DNA of 64,000 nt, from the NCBI GenBank assembly GCA_031256175.1, contig JAIRRC010000032.1, forward strand, positions 347-64,346, given 5' to 3'. Positions 28,256 through 38,104 of this stretch are shown here, piece by piece. The notes beneath the pieces were generated by a model that worked only from the letters and a program-made list of their open reading frames with translations, ran no database searches and was not told the DNA's origin. The stretch is from Rickettsiales bacterium. Lineage in GTDB: Bacteria > Pseudomonadota > Alphaproteobacteria > Rs-D84. The position numbers and the translations under genes were made by a program. Position 1 is the stretch's first letter. The number at the start of each line of letters is the position of its first letter.

Positions 28256-29220
28256 TTCCTGATGTCCCTTATGATTTTGAACGCGGCCGATTCCGGGTCG
28301 ATGTTCAACGCGTCCGCCGCCGACAATTCCGACGAAGCGCCCGAATAAAGTTCCGCCAGCGACGGGTTGTCCGACGATAAATAATGTATGACGTCCAGCA
28401 ATATCGCCATCGTTTCGTCGTTCGCCGACAATTGCTTCGCGGTTTCCATAAGCTTCGACACTTTCGCGTCCGGATTCGAAATTATATCGGCGACTTCGAA
28501 CATATCCGGGAAATCGTCGCCGCCGCCAAGGACCGAAACCGCCTTGGCCACGCTGCCGCCGCTTACGGCCGCCGCGCGGCCCAGCTTTTCCATATCCGCG
28601 TCCATACCGGCCGCTTCGATTAGGATTTTCCGGACGTCGGATTCGCTTAGAACGCCCATGCGCAAAACCTGCGCGCGCGATTTGATTGTCGGCAGGACGC
28701 CCGCCAATTTATGCGCGACTATAAGGAACAGGGTTTTCGCGGGCGGTTCCTCTAAAATTTTCAGCAGAGAATTAGCGGCGTTCCTGTTCATGTCGTCTAT
28801 CGAGTCGATTATAACCACGCGCCAGCCGTCGCCCGACGCGGACATGCGCAAACTTTCGGTCATCTTGCGGACGAAATCGACCGAGATTTCGGTTTTTTCC
28901 TCGGGGTCGGTTTCAAGCGACAAAATCGCCAGGTCCGCATAGCCGCCGTCGAGATACCTTTGGAAAGCCGCGGAATCCGGCGAAATTTCCAAGCTGTCGC
29001 CATCATTATCGGCGAAAATGAATTTAGCTATGCGGTGCGCAAGGGTTGCTTTGCCTATCCCCTTCGGGCCCGCCAGAATCCAGACGGGGTGCAGCGGGCG
29101 CAATGCGCGGTTCTTCCAAGCGTCCAGGAATATTTTTTCCGGCGCGGCGTGTCCCAGCAGATTCGCGCGGCGCATCGGGTGCAAAGTTTCGAAACTATTT
29201 TCCGCGGCCTTCTTCGCCAT
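28228..29220 (-). CDS. holB: DNA polymerase III subunit delta'
   Basis: AAA+ clamp-loader-like GPKGIGKATLAHRIAKFI, ~330 aa, genomic context with tatD. Confidence 0.7.
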   Translation of the reverse strand: MAKKAAENSFETLHPMRRANLLGHAAPEKIFLDAWKNRALRPLHPVWILAGPKGIGKATLAHRIAKFIFADNDGDSLEISPDSAAFQRYLDGGYADLAILSLETDPEEKTEISVDFVRKMTESLRMSASGDGWRVVIIDSIDDMNRNAANSLLKILEEPPAKTLFLIVAHKLAGVLPTIKSRAQVLRMGVLSESDVRKILIEAAGMDADMEKLGRAAAVSGGSVAKAVSVLGGGDDFPDMFEVADIISNPDAKVSKLMETAKQLSANDETMAILLDVIHYLSSDNPSLAELYSGASSELSAADALNIDPESAAFKIIRDIRKCLSIPTAI

Positions 29221-30404
29221 TATTTTTTCCCGCCGAATATGATTGAAACATTTTTGAACATGCGGCCGAAGTATCTCATCTTGTTCACGTCGCTTTTCGC
29301 GACAAGCGGTATGGTCGCGACAAGCTCGCCGTCGTCCTCTATTACGATTTCGCCGACCTTGTCGCCTGCGCGCACGGGCGCCGGGACCGGGTCTTCGAAT
29401 CTGGCCAGGATTCTGACTTTCGATATGCCCTGCCCGTTTTTCAAAGTCATGGCGACGTTCCGCGCCGGGGCCGCCTCGACTTTTTCCTGGCGGCCATACC
29501 AGACGGGGATTTTCGCGACGACCTCGCCTTCCTTGAAGAACATGCGCGTCGCCGTATTCGCGAAGCCGTATTCCAGCATGCGCTTCATTTCCGACGCCAA
29601 TGCGTTGTGGTCCTTGGCGCGAAGTCCGTTAATCACGCCGACCAATCTGCGGTTGCCCTTCTTCGCCGACGCGACCATGCCGTATCCGCCGGTAGTCGTA
29701 TGGCCGGTTTTCAATCCGTCCGCGCCCGGCATTATGAACAGCAGTTTATTATAGCTGACGCTGTGAAGGTCGCCCCATTGCTGGCACCAGCCGGATTTAT
29801 ATTCGCCGAACTCGAACCGGCGCGTGGAAAACATCGGATAATATTCCGGGTATGTCCTTATGATATAGTCCGCCAGGATTCCAAGCTCGCGCGTCGTCAT
29901 AAGATTATCCGGCGTCGGAAGGCCCGTGGAATTTCCGAAGCTTGACTGCGCCATGCCGATGGAGCGCGCCTTTTTCAGCATCATAGTCGCGAAGTCCGCT
30001 TCCGTCCCGGCCAACCTTTCGGCCACGACCACGCCCGCGTCGCCGCCCGACATGACAATCAGGCCCATGACGGCGTCCTGGACGGAAATATCATGACCCG
30101 CCGAAAGGCAGATTTTCGAGGCCGTATTCCAGACCGGATTCTTATAATCGGCGTTGTCCGAAACCTGCATGCGGTCCGTCATCTTCAGGCGGCCGTCTTT
30201 CAGCGCGTCGAACGCGAGCGCGAGCGTCATAAGCTTTATCATCGAGGACGGCGGCATAAGGACGTCGGCGTCTTTGGCGACTATGGCGCCGGCCGAGTCG
30301 AAGTCCATCAGGAAAGCCGACTTGGCGTTGGTTTCGAAATCCCTTGCCTGCGCCATAAGCGGCAGGTTAATCGCAAGGACAAGGAAAAATATAAGTTTCT
30401 TCAT
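29220..30404 (-). CDS. dacC: D-alanyl-D-alanine carboxypeptidase (serine-type, PBP5/6-like)
   Basis: Signal peptide, SMIK (SxxK) active-site motif, penicillin-binding fold plus C-terminal domain. Confidence 0.8.
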   Translation of the reverse strand: MKKLIFFLVLAINLPLMAQARDFETNAKSAFLMDFDSAGAIVAKDADVLMPPSSMIKLMTLALAFDALKDGRLKMTDRMQVSDNADYKNPVWNTASKICLSAGHDISVQDAVMGLIVMSGGDAGVVVAERLAGTEADFATMMLKKARSIGMAQSSFGNSTGLPTPDNLMTTRELGILADYIIRTYPEYYPMFSTRRFEFGEYKSGWCQQWGDLHSVSYNKLLFIMPGADGLKTGHTTTGGYGMVASAKKGNRRLVGVINGLRAKDHNALASEMKRMLEYGFANTATRMFFKEGEVVAKIPVWYGRQEKVEAAPARNVAMTLKNGQGISKVRILARFEDPVPAPVRAGDKVGEIVIEDDGELVATIPLVAKSDVNKMRYFGRMFKNVSIIFGGKK

Positions 30405-30459
30405 GCGGGCGCCTTCGTTCGTTCACGCGATTATAGACCAAAGGAATACGAAAATCAAC

Positions 30460-30487
30460 TTGATTTCAAGCCCATGGCGGCTATAAT
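30460..30487 (+). promoter_or_regulatory. putative sigma70 promoter of tRNA-Gln
   Basis: TTGATT-16 nt-TATAAT ending 12 nt before tRNA 5' end. Confidence 0.5.
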
Positions 30488-30499
30488 GACGCGTCTTAT

Positions 30500-30573
30500 T
30501 GGGGCGTCGTCTAACGGTAGGACAAGAGATTTTGGTTCTCTTTATCGCGGTTCGAATCCGTGCGCCCCAACCA
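30500..30573 (+). tRNA. tRNA-Gln (anticodon UUG)
   Basis: 74-nt cloverleaf, U1:A72, anticodon stem AGAGA/TCTCT, loop TTTTGGT, encoded CCA. Confidence 0.85.
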
Positions 30574-30688
30574 GAATGCAGGCGCGCGCCATCCTTCGTT
30601 CCCTCGCGACGCGCACATCAATTCGCCGCTAATAACGCGGCTCATTGTGTGCTTGTTTGCTCGTGCTCGAATCCGTGCGCCCCAACCA
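30574..30688 (+). repeat. tRNA-3'-associated structured element (family A, copy 3) ending in 19-bp direct repeat of tRNA-Gln 3' end
   Basis: 96-bp segment homologous to 10878-10977 and 5925-6020; DR AATCCGTGCGCCCCAACCA at 30555-30573 and 30670-30688. Confidence 0.7.
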
Positions 30689-30855
30689 GATTTTTATCAC
30701 GCCCCGAAGAGGCGGGATAAAAATATGTATTGGGTTGCCGGATGAAGAACCGCGAGGAAGCGGTTCGACAACCAGCGTTGCATTTTTAATGCAACGCGCA
30801 GGTGCGGCGAAGCAAGGACGCCAGTCCTTGCGAGTCAATCCGTGCGCCCCAACCA
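30689..30855 (+). repeat. second tandem tRNA-3'-associated element (family B) ending in third copy of the tRNA-Gln 3' direct repeat
   Basis: 148-bp segment with perfect hairpin GCGTTGCAT-TTTTA-ATGCAACGC; third DR at 30837-30855; weak similarity to the tRNA-Met associated segment. Confidence 0.65.
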
Positions 30856-30869
30856 AATAGAGGTGAGAA

Positions 30870-31736
30870 ATGTCGATATTCATAGACATCGGGTCCAGCA
30901 CTATCAAGACTTATGAATTATCCGCCGGTGGCGCTTTGGATTTGGTCGACGAGTTTTCAACTTTATTCAAAGACGGGTTCGCGCCGGACGCGGGCGTCGC
31001 GGAAGACAAGATAAATGCGCTGCTTACGCATCTCTCGAAATGGCGCGGGCAAGACGTCAAGACTTTCGCCACGGGAATTTGGCGAGAAATTCCGGCCGCG
31101 CAACTCGCATTCTTAAAATCAAATTCGCCCGTCGGTTTCGACGTCATTTCGCACGACGACGAGGCGCGCTACTTGAAACAAGCCGCAGCCCTGCCTTTCA
31201 ACGGCAAGAAGGCCTTGGTTATAAACATGGGCGGCAAAACGACCGAGCTTGTGTCCGTCGAACAGGGCGGCGCCGTTAAAACGCAGCTGCTTAAAATCGG
31301 CGTCGCGGATTTGCTGAACAAGTTCCCCGAAGTGAACGAAGAAAAATCCGGCGCGTCCATAAGCGACATGGAAAAATTCGTCGCCGAGAAACTCGCGTCG
31401 GAAGAATTCGACACGGACTACGACTTCGCGCTTTTCACGGGCGAGCTGCGGTTCGAAAAACTTTCCGGTTATCCCCTTGAACCGAACACTCAATTTTCGG
31501 AATCCAACCATCCGTTCCAAGTTTCCATCGAAGGTTTCGTCGCTGGCACGATGCGCATATTTTTCGACATGACTATGGCCGAACTTCGCGCGCTTATGCC
31601 CAAAAATCCGAACTGGATGACGGGCGCGCGGCCGGGCGCGGTCCTGCCGCTTGCCATCTTCAACCGGGCCGGTATAAAGGTCGTGGTGCCAAGCGATTTG
31701 AACCTTATAAACGGCGCCGTCCGCGACTTCATATAA
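30870..31736 (+). CDS. Ppx/GppA-family phosphatase-like (ASKHA fold) protein
   Basis: IDIGSSTIK..VISHDDEARYLKQAA..LVINMGGKTTELV match Ppx/GppA N-domain motifs. Confidence 0.6.
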   Translation: MSIFIDIGSSTIKTYELSAGGALDLVDEFSTLFKDGFAPDAGVAEDKINALLTHLSKWRGQDVKTFATGIWREIPAAQLAFLKSNSPVGFDVISHDDEARYLKQAAALPFNGKKALVINMGGKTTELVSVEQGGAVKTQLLKIGVADLLNKFPEVNEEKSGASISDMEKFVAEKLASEEFDTDYDFALFTGELRFEKLSGYPLEPNTQFSESNHPFQVSIEGFVAGTMRIFFDMTMAELRALMPKNPNWMTGARPGAVLPLAIFNRAGIKVVVPSDLNLINGAVRDFI

Positions 31737-31805
31737 AAGCTTGACAAAATAGGTTTTTACATTATAATAAGGGAAAGAAGTCATATAAACAGAGGGGTTT
31801 ATAAC

Positions 31806-32291
31806 ATGTCTTTCCTTAAAAGCGCCAATGTCAGCAAGGTTTTGGGCGAAAATCAATACGAGCTTAGCAATGGCGCAGTCGTCGACCTGACGCGCGCGCT
31901 GTCCTGCGGCGAAACCGGCAATCTTACGGCAAAGCTTGCGCAGGGCGACTCCATCTCATACCGGCATTCCCTTATGGGCGGGGTCCGCATAAAGGACGCC
32001 ATCATAACCTTGAACTACAAGGTCGACTATGCCGCGAAGGTAATTCACGCCGACCATCTTATGGTGAAAAACGAAACCGGCGGAAAGGACAGCTCGCGCG
32101 AGTCGCTACTGCGCTCGACCTTCACCCTTCCCGAACAAATCAAGCTGCTGGGCATTCGTAAAGACATTTTCACCAAGGCATACTATTGGAGCCAGCACGC
32201 CGCGAAGGCCTGGCAAAAAGGCGAGATGGACGACCACGAGCGTCTGATGGCCGCGCGTAGGCAAATCGCATTCTACGTCAATACCAAATAA
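31806..32291 (+). CDS. hypothetical protein
   Basis: 161-aa ORF, no family recognised. Confidence 0.4.
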   Translation: MSFLKSANVSKVLGENQYELSNGAVVDLTRALSCGETGNLTAKLAQGDSISYRHSLMGGVRIKDAIITLNYKVDYAAKVIHADHLMVKNETGGKDSSRESLLRSTFTLPEQIKLLGIRKDIFTKAYYWSQHAAKAWQKGEMDDHERLMAARRQIAFYVNTK

Positions 32292-32301
32292 AGGAGCAGA
32301 C

Positions 32302-32640
32302 ATGTCGAAACGCACGCAAAAACAGCAGGAACGCAGAAACAAGAGCCGCCAGGAAGCCGGGCACAAAAAGCACGAGAACAAATACAGCGCCGAAAAACAG
32401 GAAAAAGGAAAGAACGGGCTTATCATCATGACCGGCGGCGGAAGCGCGGTCGGCACGCCCTTCGACCGGCAGATGGAAGGAATGTCCATTACGGAAAAGG
32501 CGGAATATTTACAGAACAAACTTGACGCGGTCGGCGTGGAAAAACTTCAACCGAGCGACAAAATCTCGGTCATCGTAGAACTGAACAAGGTGAAGGCCGA
32601 AGCGCGCGACAGGGCGCGCAACCGCGGATGGGGATGGTAA
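32302..32640 (+). CDS. hypothetical basic protein
   Basis: 112 aa, Lys/Arg-rich N-terminus; AAAGGAG RBS. Confidence 0.4.
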   Translation: MSKRTQKQQERRNKSRQEAGHKKHENKYSAEKQEKGKNGLIIMTGGGSAVGTPFDRQMEGMSITEKAEYLQNKLDAVGVEKLQPSDKISVIVELNKVKAEARDRARNRGWGW

Positions 32641-32740
32641 AATCATGGGTATAAAGACCAAGATTATCGCGGACGGGAAAGAATCATGCCCGGACCTTAC
32701 AACGAGTCGTTTCTTGTTTTCAAAAACGGCGAGCCAATCG

Positions 32741-32769
32741 GCATAGAAGGGCGGGAATTTTCCCGCCCT
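32741..32769. terminator. bidirectional terminator hairpin between 32302-32640 gene and rpsU
   Basis: GGGCGGGAA-TT-TTCCCGCCC perfect stem followed by TTTCATTTT on plus strand. Confidence 0.6.
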
Positions 32770-32775
32770 TTCATT

Positions 32776-32982
32776 TTAGAAGCCGAAGACCATTTTCTGT
32801 TTGGACTGGCGCTTTTTTTCGCGGCGCACAGCCTCGCCCTTCAATCTTTTCTTGCGGGTGGTAGGCTTTTCGAATCTATCGCGTTCGCGCATTTCGCGGA
32901 ACAGGCCTTCCTTTTGGGACTTGCGCTTGGACACGCGGAGCGCCTGCTCCACATTATTATCGCGCACTAGGACTTTCACCAT
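32776..32982 (-). CDS. rpsU: 30S ribosomal protein S21
   Basis: [26 protein letters not shown] matches bS21 consensus. Confidence 0.85.
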   Translation of the reverse strand: MVKVLVRDNNVEQALRVSKRKSQKEGLFREMRERDRFEKPTTRKKRLKGEAVRREKKRQSKQKMVFGF

Positions 32983-33142
32983 GTTAAATCACCTCCCCGC
33001 GGGAATCTGGTTGTTCAGCACGGATGTTATATCAACCATCGGGAAAAATCAACAAAAAATTCGTTGAATGTTGGAATAAAGCAATTATAATATCGCAAAT
33101 ACGATTTCTTATTCCCGCCTCCGCGGGAATGACGAGGCAAAA

Positions 33143-34420
33143 ATGATAGACATAAACATAATCAGGAACAATCCCGAACTGGTCAAGAAAAACTGCGAGA
33201 ACAAGGGCTTCGTTTTCGACGTCGACGGCTTCGTTCTTCTGGACCGGGAATTCCGCGAATTCAAGACCAGGATGGAAGAGCTGGTCGCGCAGAAGAACGT
33301 CCTTTCGAAGCAGATGACGACCGCGGCCGACAAGGCGGCGGTAGTCCAAAAATCCAAGATGCTTGGCGACGAAATCGCGCAGCGCCAGGTTCGCCAGGCC
33401 GAAACAGAAAAGCAATTCGACGAGCTGCTGCTCAACGTCCCGCAAATCGCGTCGGAAGACTCGCCCGTCGGCAAGGACGATTCCGAAAACGTCGAAACGA
33501 AACGCGCGGGAAAAATCCGCGAGTTCGATTTCGCCCCGCTCGCGCAATACGAAATTCTTGACGCCAACAAATGGTGGGCGCCGGAAGCCGTCAGCCAAAT
33601 CTGCGGGCCGCGCGCTTACTGCCTTATGGGCGAAGCGGCCGAGCTGGAGCTTGTGGTTCAGACTTATGTGGTTCAGAAGCTTATCGCCAAAGGTTTCGTT
33701 TTCGCGAACGTTCCGTCCATCGTCAAACGCCAGGCGATTTTCGACGCCGGGCATTTTCCGGGAAGCGACGCCGCGATTATGGACAACGATGTTTTCGCGC
33801 TGAACGCGCCGGACAAGTTCCTGGCGGGCACGGCTGAAATCGTCTTGAATTCCTTACACAAGGATAAAATTTTAACGGAAGCCGAACTGCCCATCAAATA
33901 CGCGGGCTATTCGCCGTGCTTCCGCAAGGAAGCGGGCGCCGCGGGCAAGGACACGCGCGGGCTTATCCGCGTCCACCAATTCCACAAGGTCGAGCAATTC
34001 ATCTACTGCAAGCCCGAAGAAGCCGACGCGATGCACAAATATCTGCGCGAGATTCTGGAAGAAGTGATGAGCGACTTCGAACTTCCCTACCGCGTCCTTT
34101 CCGTCTGCACCGGCGACATGGGCTTCAACAAGGTGAAGCAGGACGACATCGAGGCCTGGATTCCTTCCGAGAAAAAATACCGCGAGCTTGGAAGCTGCTC
34201 CACCATCGGGGAATTCCAGGCGCGCCGCACCAACACGCGCTTCCGCGACAATGCGACAGGCAAAGTCCGTTTCTGCGCGACGCTCAACAACACCGGAATC
34301 GCCCTGCCCCGCGCATTGGTCGCGATTCTGGAAAACCACCAGAACAAGGACGGCAGCGTCGATGTTCCCAAAGTCTTGCAACCATTAATGGGCGGAAGAA
34401 AAGTCATAGGTAAAAAATGA
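33143..34420 (+). CDS. serS: serine--tRNA ligase
   Basis: N-terminal coiled-coil MIDINIIRNNPE.. plus class II catalytic core, 425 aa. Confidence 0.9.
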   Translation: MIDINIIRNNPELVKKNCENKGFVFDVDGFVLLDREFREFKTRMEELVAQKNVLSKQMTTAADKAAVVQKSKMLGDEIAQRQVRQAETEKQFDELLLNVPQIASEDSPVGKDDSENVETKRAGKIREFDFAPLAQYEILDANKWWAPEAVSQICGPRAYCLMGEAAELELVVQTYVVQKLIAKGFVFANVPSIVKRQAIFDAGHFPGSDAAIMDNDVFALNAPDKFLAGTAEIVLNSLHKDKILTEAELPIKYAGYSPCFRKEAGAAGKDTRGLIRVHQFHKVEQFIYCKPEEADAMHKYLREILEEVMSDFELPYRVLSVCTGDMGFNKVKQDDIEAWIPSEKKYRELGSCSTIGEFQARRTNTRFRDNATGKVRFCATLNNTGIALPRALVAILENHQNKDGSVDVPKVLQPLMGGRKVIGKK

Positions 34421-36255
34421 AAATAAGAAATATAGCAATCATCGCGCACGTCGACCATGGAAAGACGACGCTCGTCAACAACATGCTTAAATTCTCGGGC
34501 ACCTTCCGCGAGAATGAAAAAGTCGCCGAACGCGTCATGGACAGCGGCGACCTGGAACGCGAGCGCGGCATAACAATTTCGGCCAAGCCCACTTCCGTCA
34601 TTTGGAACGGATACAAAATCAACATCATCGACACGCCGGGACACGCCGATTTCGGCGGCGAGGTCGAGCGAATCCTGTCGATGGTCGACGGCGTCGTCCT
34701 GCTGGTCGATTCATCCGAAGGGCCGCTTCCGCAGACCAAGTTCGTCCTTAGCAAGGCGTTAAAACTCAACCTCCGCCCCATCGTCGTCCTTAACAAGGTC
34801 GACCGGTCCGACGCGCGCGCCGACGAAGTCCTCAACGAAGTTTTCGACTTGTTCGACAAGCTTGGCGCCACGAATTCGCAGCTGGATTTCCCGTTCCTTT
34901 ACGCCGTCGGGCGCGACGGATGGGCCGTCAGAAAAATGGACGACGAAAAGACGGGCTTAACGCCGCTGTTCCAACTTATCGTCGACCATGTGCCCGCGCC
35001 CGAATGCCGCGGAAGCGACAAGTGCGACATCGACGCGCCGTTCAAAATGCTCGCGACGACCCTGGAAGCCGACCCATACGTCGGGCGCATCTTGACCGGC
35101 CGCATAGAATCCGGGACCGCGCGCGTCAACCAGCAGGTGCACGCGCTGAACGCGCAGGGCCAGGTTGTGGAGCGCGCGAAAATCACGAAGATTCTGGAAC
35201 ACCGCGGCATAGAAAAAATCTCGCTCGATTCGGCCTCGGCCGGCGACATCGTCGTCATCGCGGGATTTTCGAAGGCGACCGTCGCCGACACTTTGTGCGA
35301 CACGAACGTAAGCGAACCGATTCCGGCGCTGCCCATCGACCCGCCGACGCTTACCATGACATTTTCCGTGAACACATCGCCGCTCGCCGGGCGCAGCGGC
35401 GGCAAGAAGCTTACCAGCCGCATGATTGGCGAACGCCTGTTCAAGGAAGCCGAAACCAACATCGCGCTTAAAGTTTCGCAATCCGCCAACAATGAATCGT
35501 TCGAAGTTTCGGGACGCGGCGAATTGCAGCTTGGAATCCTTATCGAAACCATGCGGCGCGAAGGATTCGAACTTTCCGTTTCGCGCCCGCGCGTCGTCAT
35601 GCACAAGGACGCGGACGGCAACATGCTCGAACCCGTCGAAGACATAACGATAGACGTCGACGACGAATTTTCCGGAAGCGTGGTCGAAAAACTTTCGAAA
35701 CGCCGCGCGACGCTGGTCGAGATGAAGCCGTCGGGCGCGGGAAAAACGCGCCTGGTTTTCTCGGCCCCAAGCCGCGGCATGATTGGATACCTTTCGGAAT
35801 TCCGCACCGACACGCGCGGCACCGGCGTCATGAACAGAATCTTTTCGGGCTACGAGGCATATCGCGGACCAATCGACCAATACCGCCCGGGCGTGCTGAT
35901 TTCCATGGAAAACGGGATGGCCGTCGCATACGCGCTCCATAATTTGGAGCCGCGCGGAACGCTGTTCATCGAGCACGGAACGAACGTCTACAACGGCATG
36001 ATTATAGGCGAGCATTCCAAAGAAAACGATTTGGAAGTGAATCCCGTCAAAGGAAAAGAGCTTACGAATATGCGCTCGGTCACGGCGGACGAAAAGCTTA
36101 CGCTCGCGCCGCCGCGCAAGATAGTTCTCGAAGAAGCCTTGTCATATATCCAGGACGACGAGCTTGTCGAAATCACGCCCGACATCATCCGCATGCGCAA
36201 GAAAGAACTGGACGCCAACGGGCGCCGGAAAGCCAAACGGGAAGTCAATCAATGA
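34417..36255 (+). CDS. typA: translational GTPase TypA/BipA
   Basis: RNIAIIAHVDHGKTTL G1 motif and full-length BipA architecture, 612 aa. Confidence 0.9.
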   Translation: MKIRNIAIIAHVDHGKTTLVNNMLKFSGTFRENEKVAERVMDSGDLERERGITISAKPTSVIWNGYKINIIDTPGHADFGGEVERILSMVDGVVLLVDSSEGPLPQTKFVLSKALKLNLRPIVVLNKVDRSDARADEVLNEVFDLFDKLGATNSQLDFPFLYAVGRDGWAVRKMDDEKTGLTPLFQLIVDHVPAPECRGSDKCDIDAPFKMLATTLEADPYVGRILTGRIESGTARVNQQVHALNAQGQVVERAKITKILEHRGIEKISLDSASAGDIVVIAGFSKATVADTLCDTNVSEPIPALPIDPPTLTMTFSVNTSPLAGRSGGKKLTSRMIGERLFKEAETNIALKVSQSANNESFEVSGRGELQLGILIETMRREGFELSVSRPRVVMHKDADGNMLEPVEDITIDVDDEFSGSVVEKLSKRRATLVEMKPSGAGKTRLVFSAPSRGMIGYLSEFRTDTRGTGVMNRIFSGYEAYRGPIDQYRPGVLISMENGMAVAYALHNLEPRGTLFIEHGTNVYNGMIIGEHSKENDLEVNPVKGKELTNMRSVTADEKLTLAPPRKIVLEEALSYIQDDELVEITPDIIRMRKKELDANGRRKAKREVNQ

Positions 36256-37187
36256 AGCTAAGCGTAATCGTTCCGGTTTATAACGGACAGGATTATCTGC
36301 GCGCGGCGCTGGATTCCATCGCGGCGCAGACCCTGGGCGATTTCGAGTGCATAATGGTCGACGACGGAAGCACCGACGATTCGCGCGCGATAATTTCGGA
36401 ATACGCGCGAAGGGATTCGCGCTTCAAGCCGGTTTTCCAAGAAAACGCCGGCGTTTCCGCGGCGCGCAACGCGGGCATCGACGCCGCGGGCGGCGAATAC
36501 ATCGCCTTCATGGACCAGGACGATTTGATGAATCCGCGCGCGATGGAGCTTTTATACAAAGCCGCGGAAAAATACGACGCCGACATGGTTTTCGGAAATT
36601 CCGTAGCGGTCGAGAACGATTTTTCAAGCGCGCCGGTCGTCGGGCTTTCGGGCATAAAAATCTTCACGCATCCGCAAAAGGATTTCACAAGGAAAATCTC
36701 GAAAATCAAAAAATCCAACTGGGTCTATGTCTGGACCAAAATTTTCCGGCGCGACGTCGTCGGCCCGCTTCGGTTCGCCCCCGGATTGCAGCCGTGCGAG
36801 GACACGGACTTCGTCCTGAAATCCGTTCCGCTTTGCGCCGCGATAGTCTATGCCGACGTTCCGGTCGTCTATTGGCGGAAATCCGCGACGGGCTTCTCGC
36901 ACAACGGCGGGCGCAAGACGGCCAAGGGAATCCACGCGGCGGTTTGTGCCCTGCTTTCCATCGACGCGGCGATTTCGGAAAACCCCGACTGGGAAAAGGA
37001 ATACAAAAACTTCGCCCGCGCGGGGCGCGAATACACCTGCGTCAAATGGCTTCTCAACGCCGAGGGGTTGGAAAACGATTTCGTGAAGTCCGAACTGGCG
37101 CGCCTTAGAAATTACCGCATGCGGACGCTGTCAATGCACAAGAAAATCGAATGGATTTTGTTCAAGTTGAAGTGGAGGTATAAATGA
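36252..37187 (+). CDS. glycosyltransferase family 2
   Basis: LSVIVPVYNGQDYL..DDGSTD GT2 signature; ATGA overlap with typA stop. Confidence 0.8.
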   Translation: MKLSVIVPVYNGQDYLRAALDSIAAQTLGDFECIMVDDGSTDDSRAIISEYARRDSRFKPVFQENAGVSAARNAGIDAAGGEYIAFMDQDDLMNPRAMELLYKAAEKYDADMVFGNSVAVENDFSSAPVVGLSGIKIFTHPQKDFTRKISKIKKSNWVYVWTKIFRRDVVGPLRFAPGLQPCEDTDFVLKSVPLCAAIVYADVPVVYWRKSATGFSHNGGRKTAKGIHAAVCALLSIDAAISENPDWEKEYKNFARAGREYTCVKWLLNAEGLENDFVKSELARLRNYRMRTLSMHKKIEWILFKLKWRYK

Positions 37188-38071
37188 TAAGGACCATCGA
37201 CATCGCCATGACCTTCGACGCGAACCGCTGGAAGACCGCGAGCATAACCATAATCTCGCTTTTGAAAAACCGCGGGATTTCGCACTATTCCATTCACTGC
37301 GTCATGACGCCCGAACTTTACAAGAACAAGGACGTCCAGCGCCAGATGAAGGAAATCGTCGCCAAGTTCGACAAGGAATCGTCCATCGAATTCATCCCGT
37401 TCGACTATAAGAACGCAAGCATCCCCTACAACAAGGACATGGCCTATGGCGGCGGCGTCTGCTATTACAAGATGGACCTTTGGCAGCTGCTGCCGAAGGT
37501 GGAAAAAGTCATTCAGCTTGACGACGACATAATCGTCCTGCGGCCTTTGGACAAGCTGATGTCAATCGACATGGGCGACAATTACATGATGGTTTTCGCG
37601 CCGGGCAACGCTTTCCGCCTTTCCGCCGACCGCAAGAAATACAAGAACACGACGACGTTCAACGCGGGCGTCGTCGTGATGAACCTTGCCGCCATCCGCG
37701 AATCCAAAGTCCATAAATCCTTCCCGAAAATTTTCGAGAACAAGGATTTGTTCTTCGAGCAGGGACTTCTGGCCGTCGCCTTCGCCGGAAAAATGCAGAT
37801 GTATCCGAACGACAAGATTCTTTACAACTACCGAATCCATTGCGACCGGGCGCGCGGCCGCGACATCGCCGTCATCCATTACACCGGCAAAAAACCCTGG
37901 TTTTTCCCGGTGCGGCGCCTGACGACTTGGTGGAAATACGCCAAGCTGTCGCCGTTCTACAAGGAATTCCGGCGCAACGCGATACACAATTTCTTCGTGT
38001 ATATCCTTGTCATGCCGATTCCGTTCAAGCGCTGGCGCCACAAGCTGCGGAACAAATTCAACAGGGTTTGA
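37184..38071 (+). CDS. glycosyltransferase family 8 (LPS glycosyltransferase-like)
   Basis: IDIAMTFD..YYKMDLW..LDDDIIV (DxD) GT8 pattern. Confidence 0.7.
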   Translation: MIRTIDIAMTFDANRWKTASITIISLLKNRGISHYSIHCVMTPELYKNKDVQRQMKEIVAKFDKESSIEFIPFDYKNASIPYNKDMAYGGGVCYYKMDLWQLLPKVEKVIQLDDDIIVLRPLDKLMSIDMGDNYMMVFAPGNAFRLSADRKKYKNTTTFNAGVVVMNLAAIRESKVHKSFPKIFENKDLFFEQGLLAVAFAGKMQMYPNDKILYNYRIHCDRARGRDIAVIHYTGKKPWFFPVRRLTTWWKYAKLSPFYKEFRRNAIHNFFVYILVMPIPFKRWRHKLRNKFNRV

Positions 38072-38104
38072 GAAAGGGGCGCGAACGCCCCTTCCGATAA
38101 AAAT

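Noticed and set aside
34899-36015. 310-aa and 352-aa minus-strand ORFs overlapping typA
   Set aside because: They are antisense to a clear BipA/TypA gene, and their composition is typical of spurious GC-frame ORFs.
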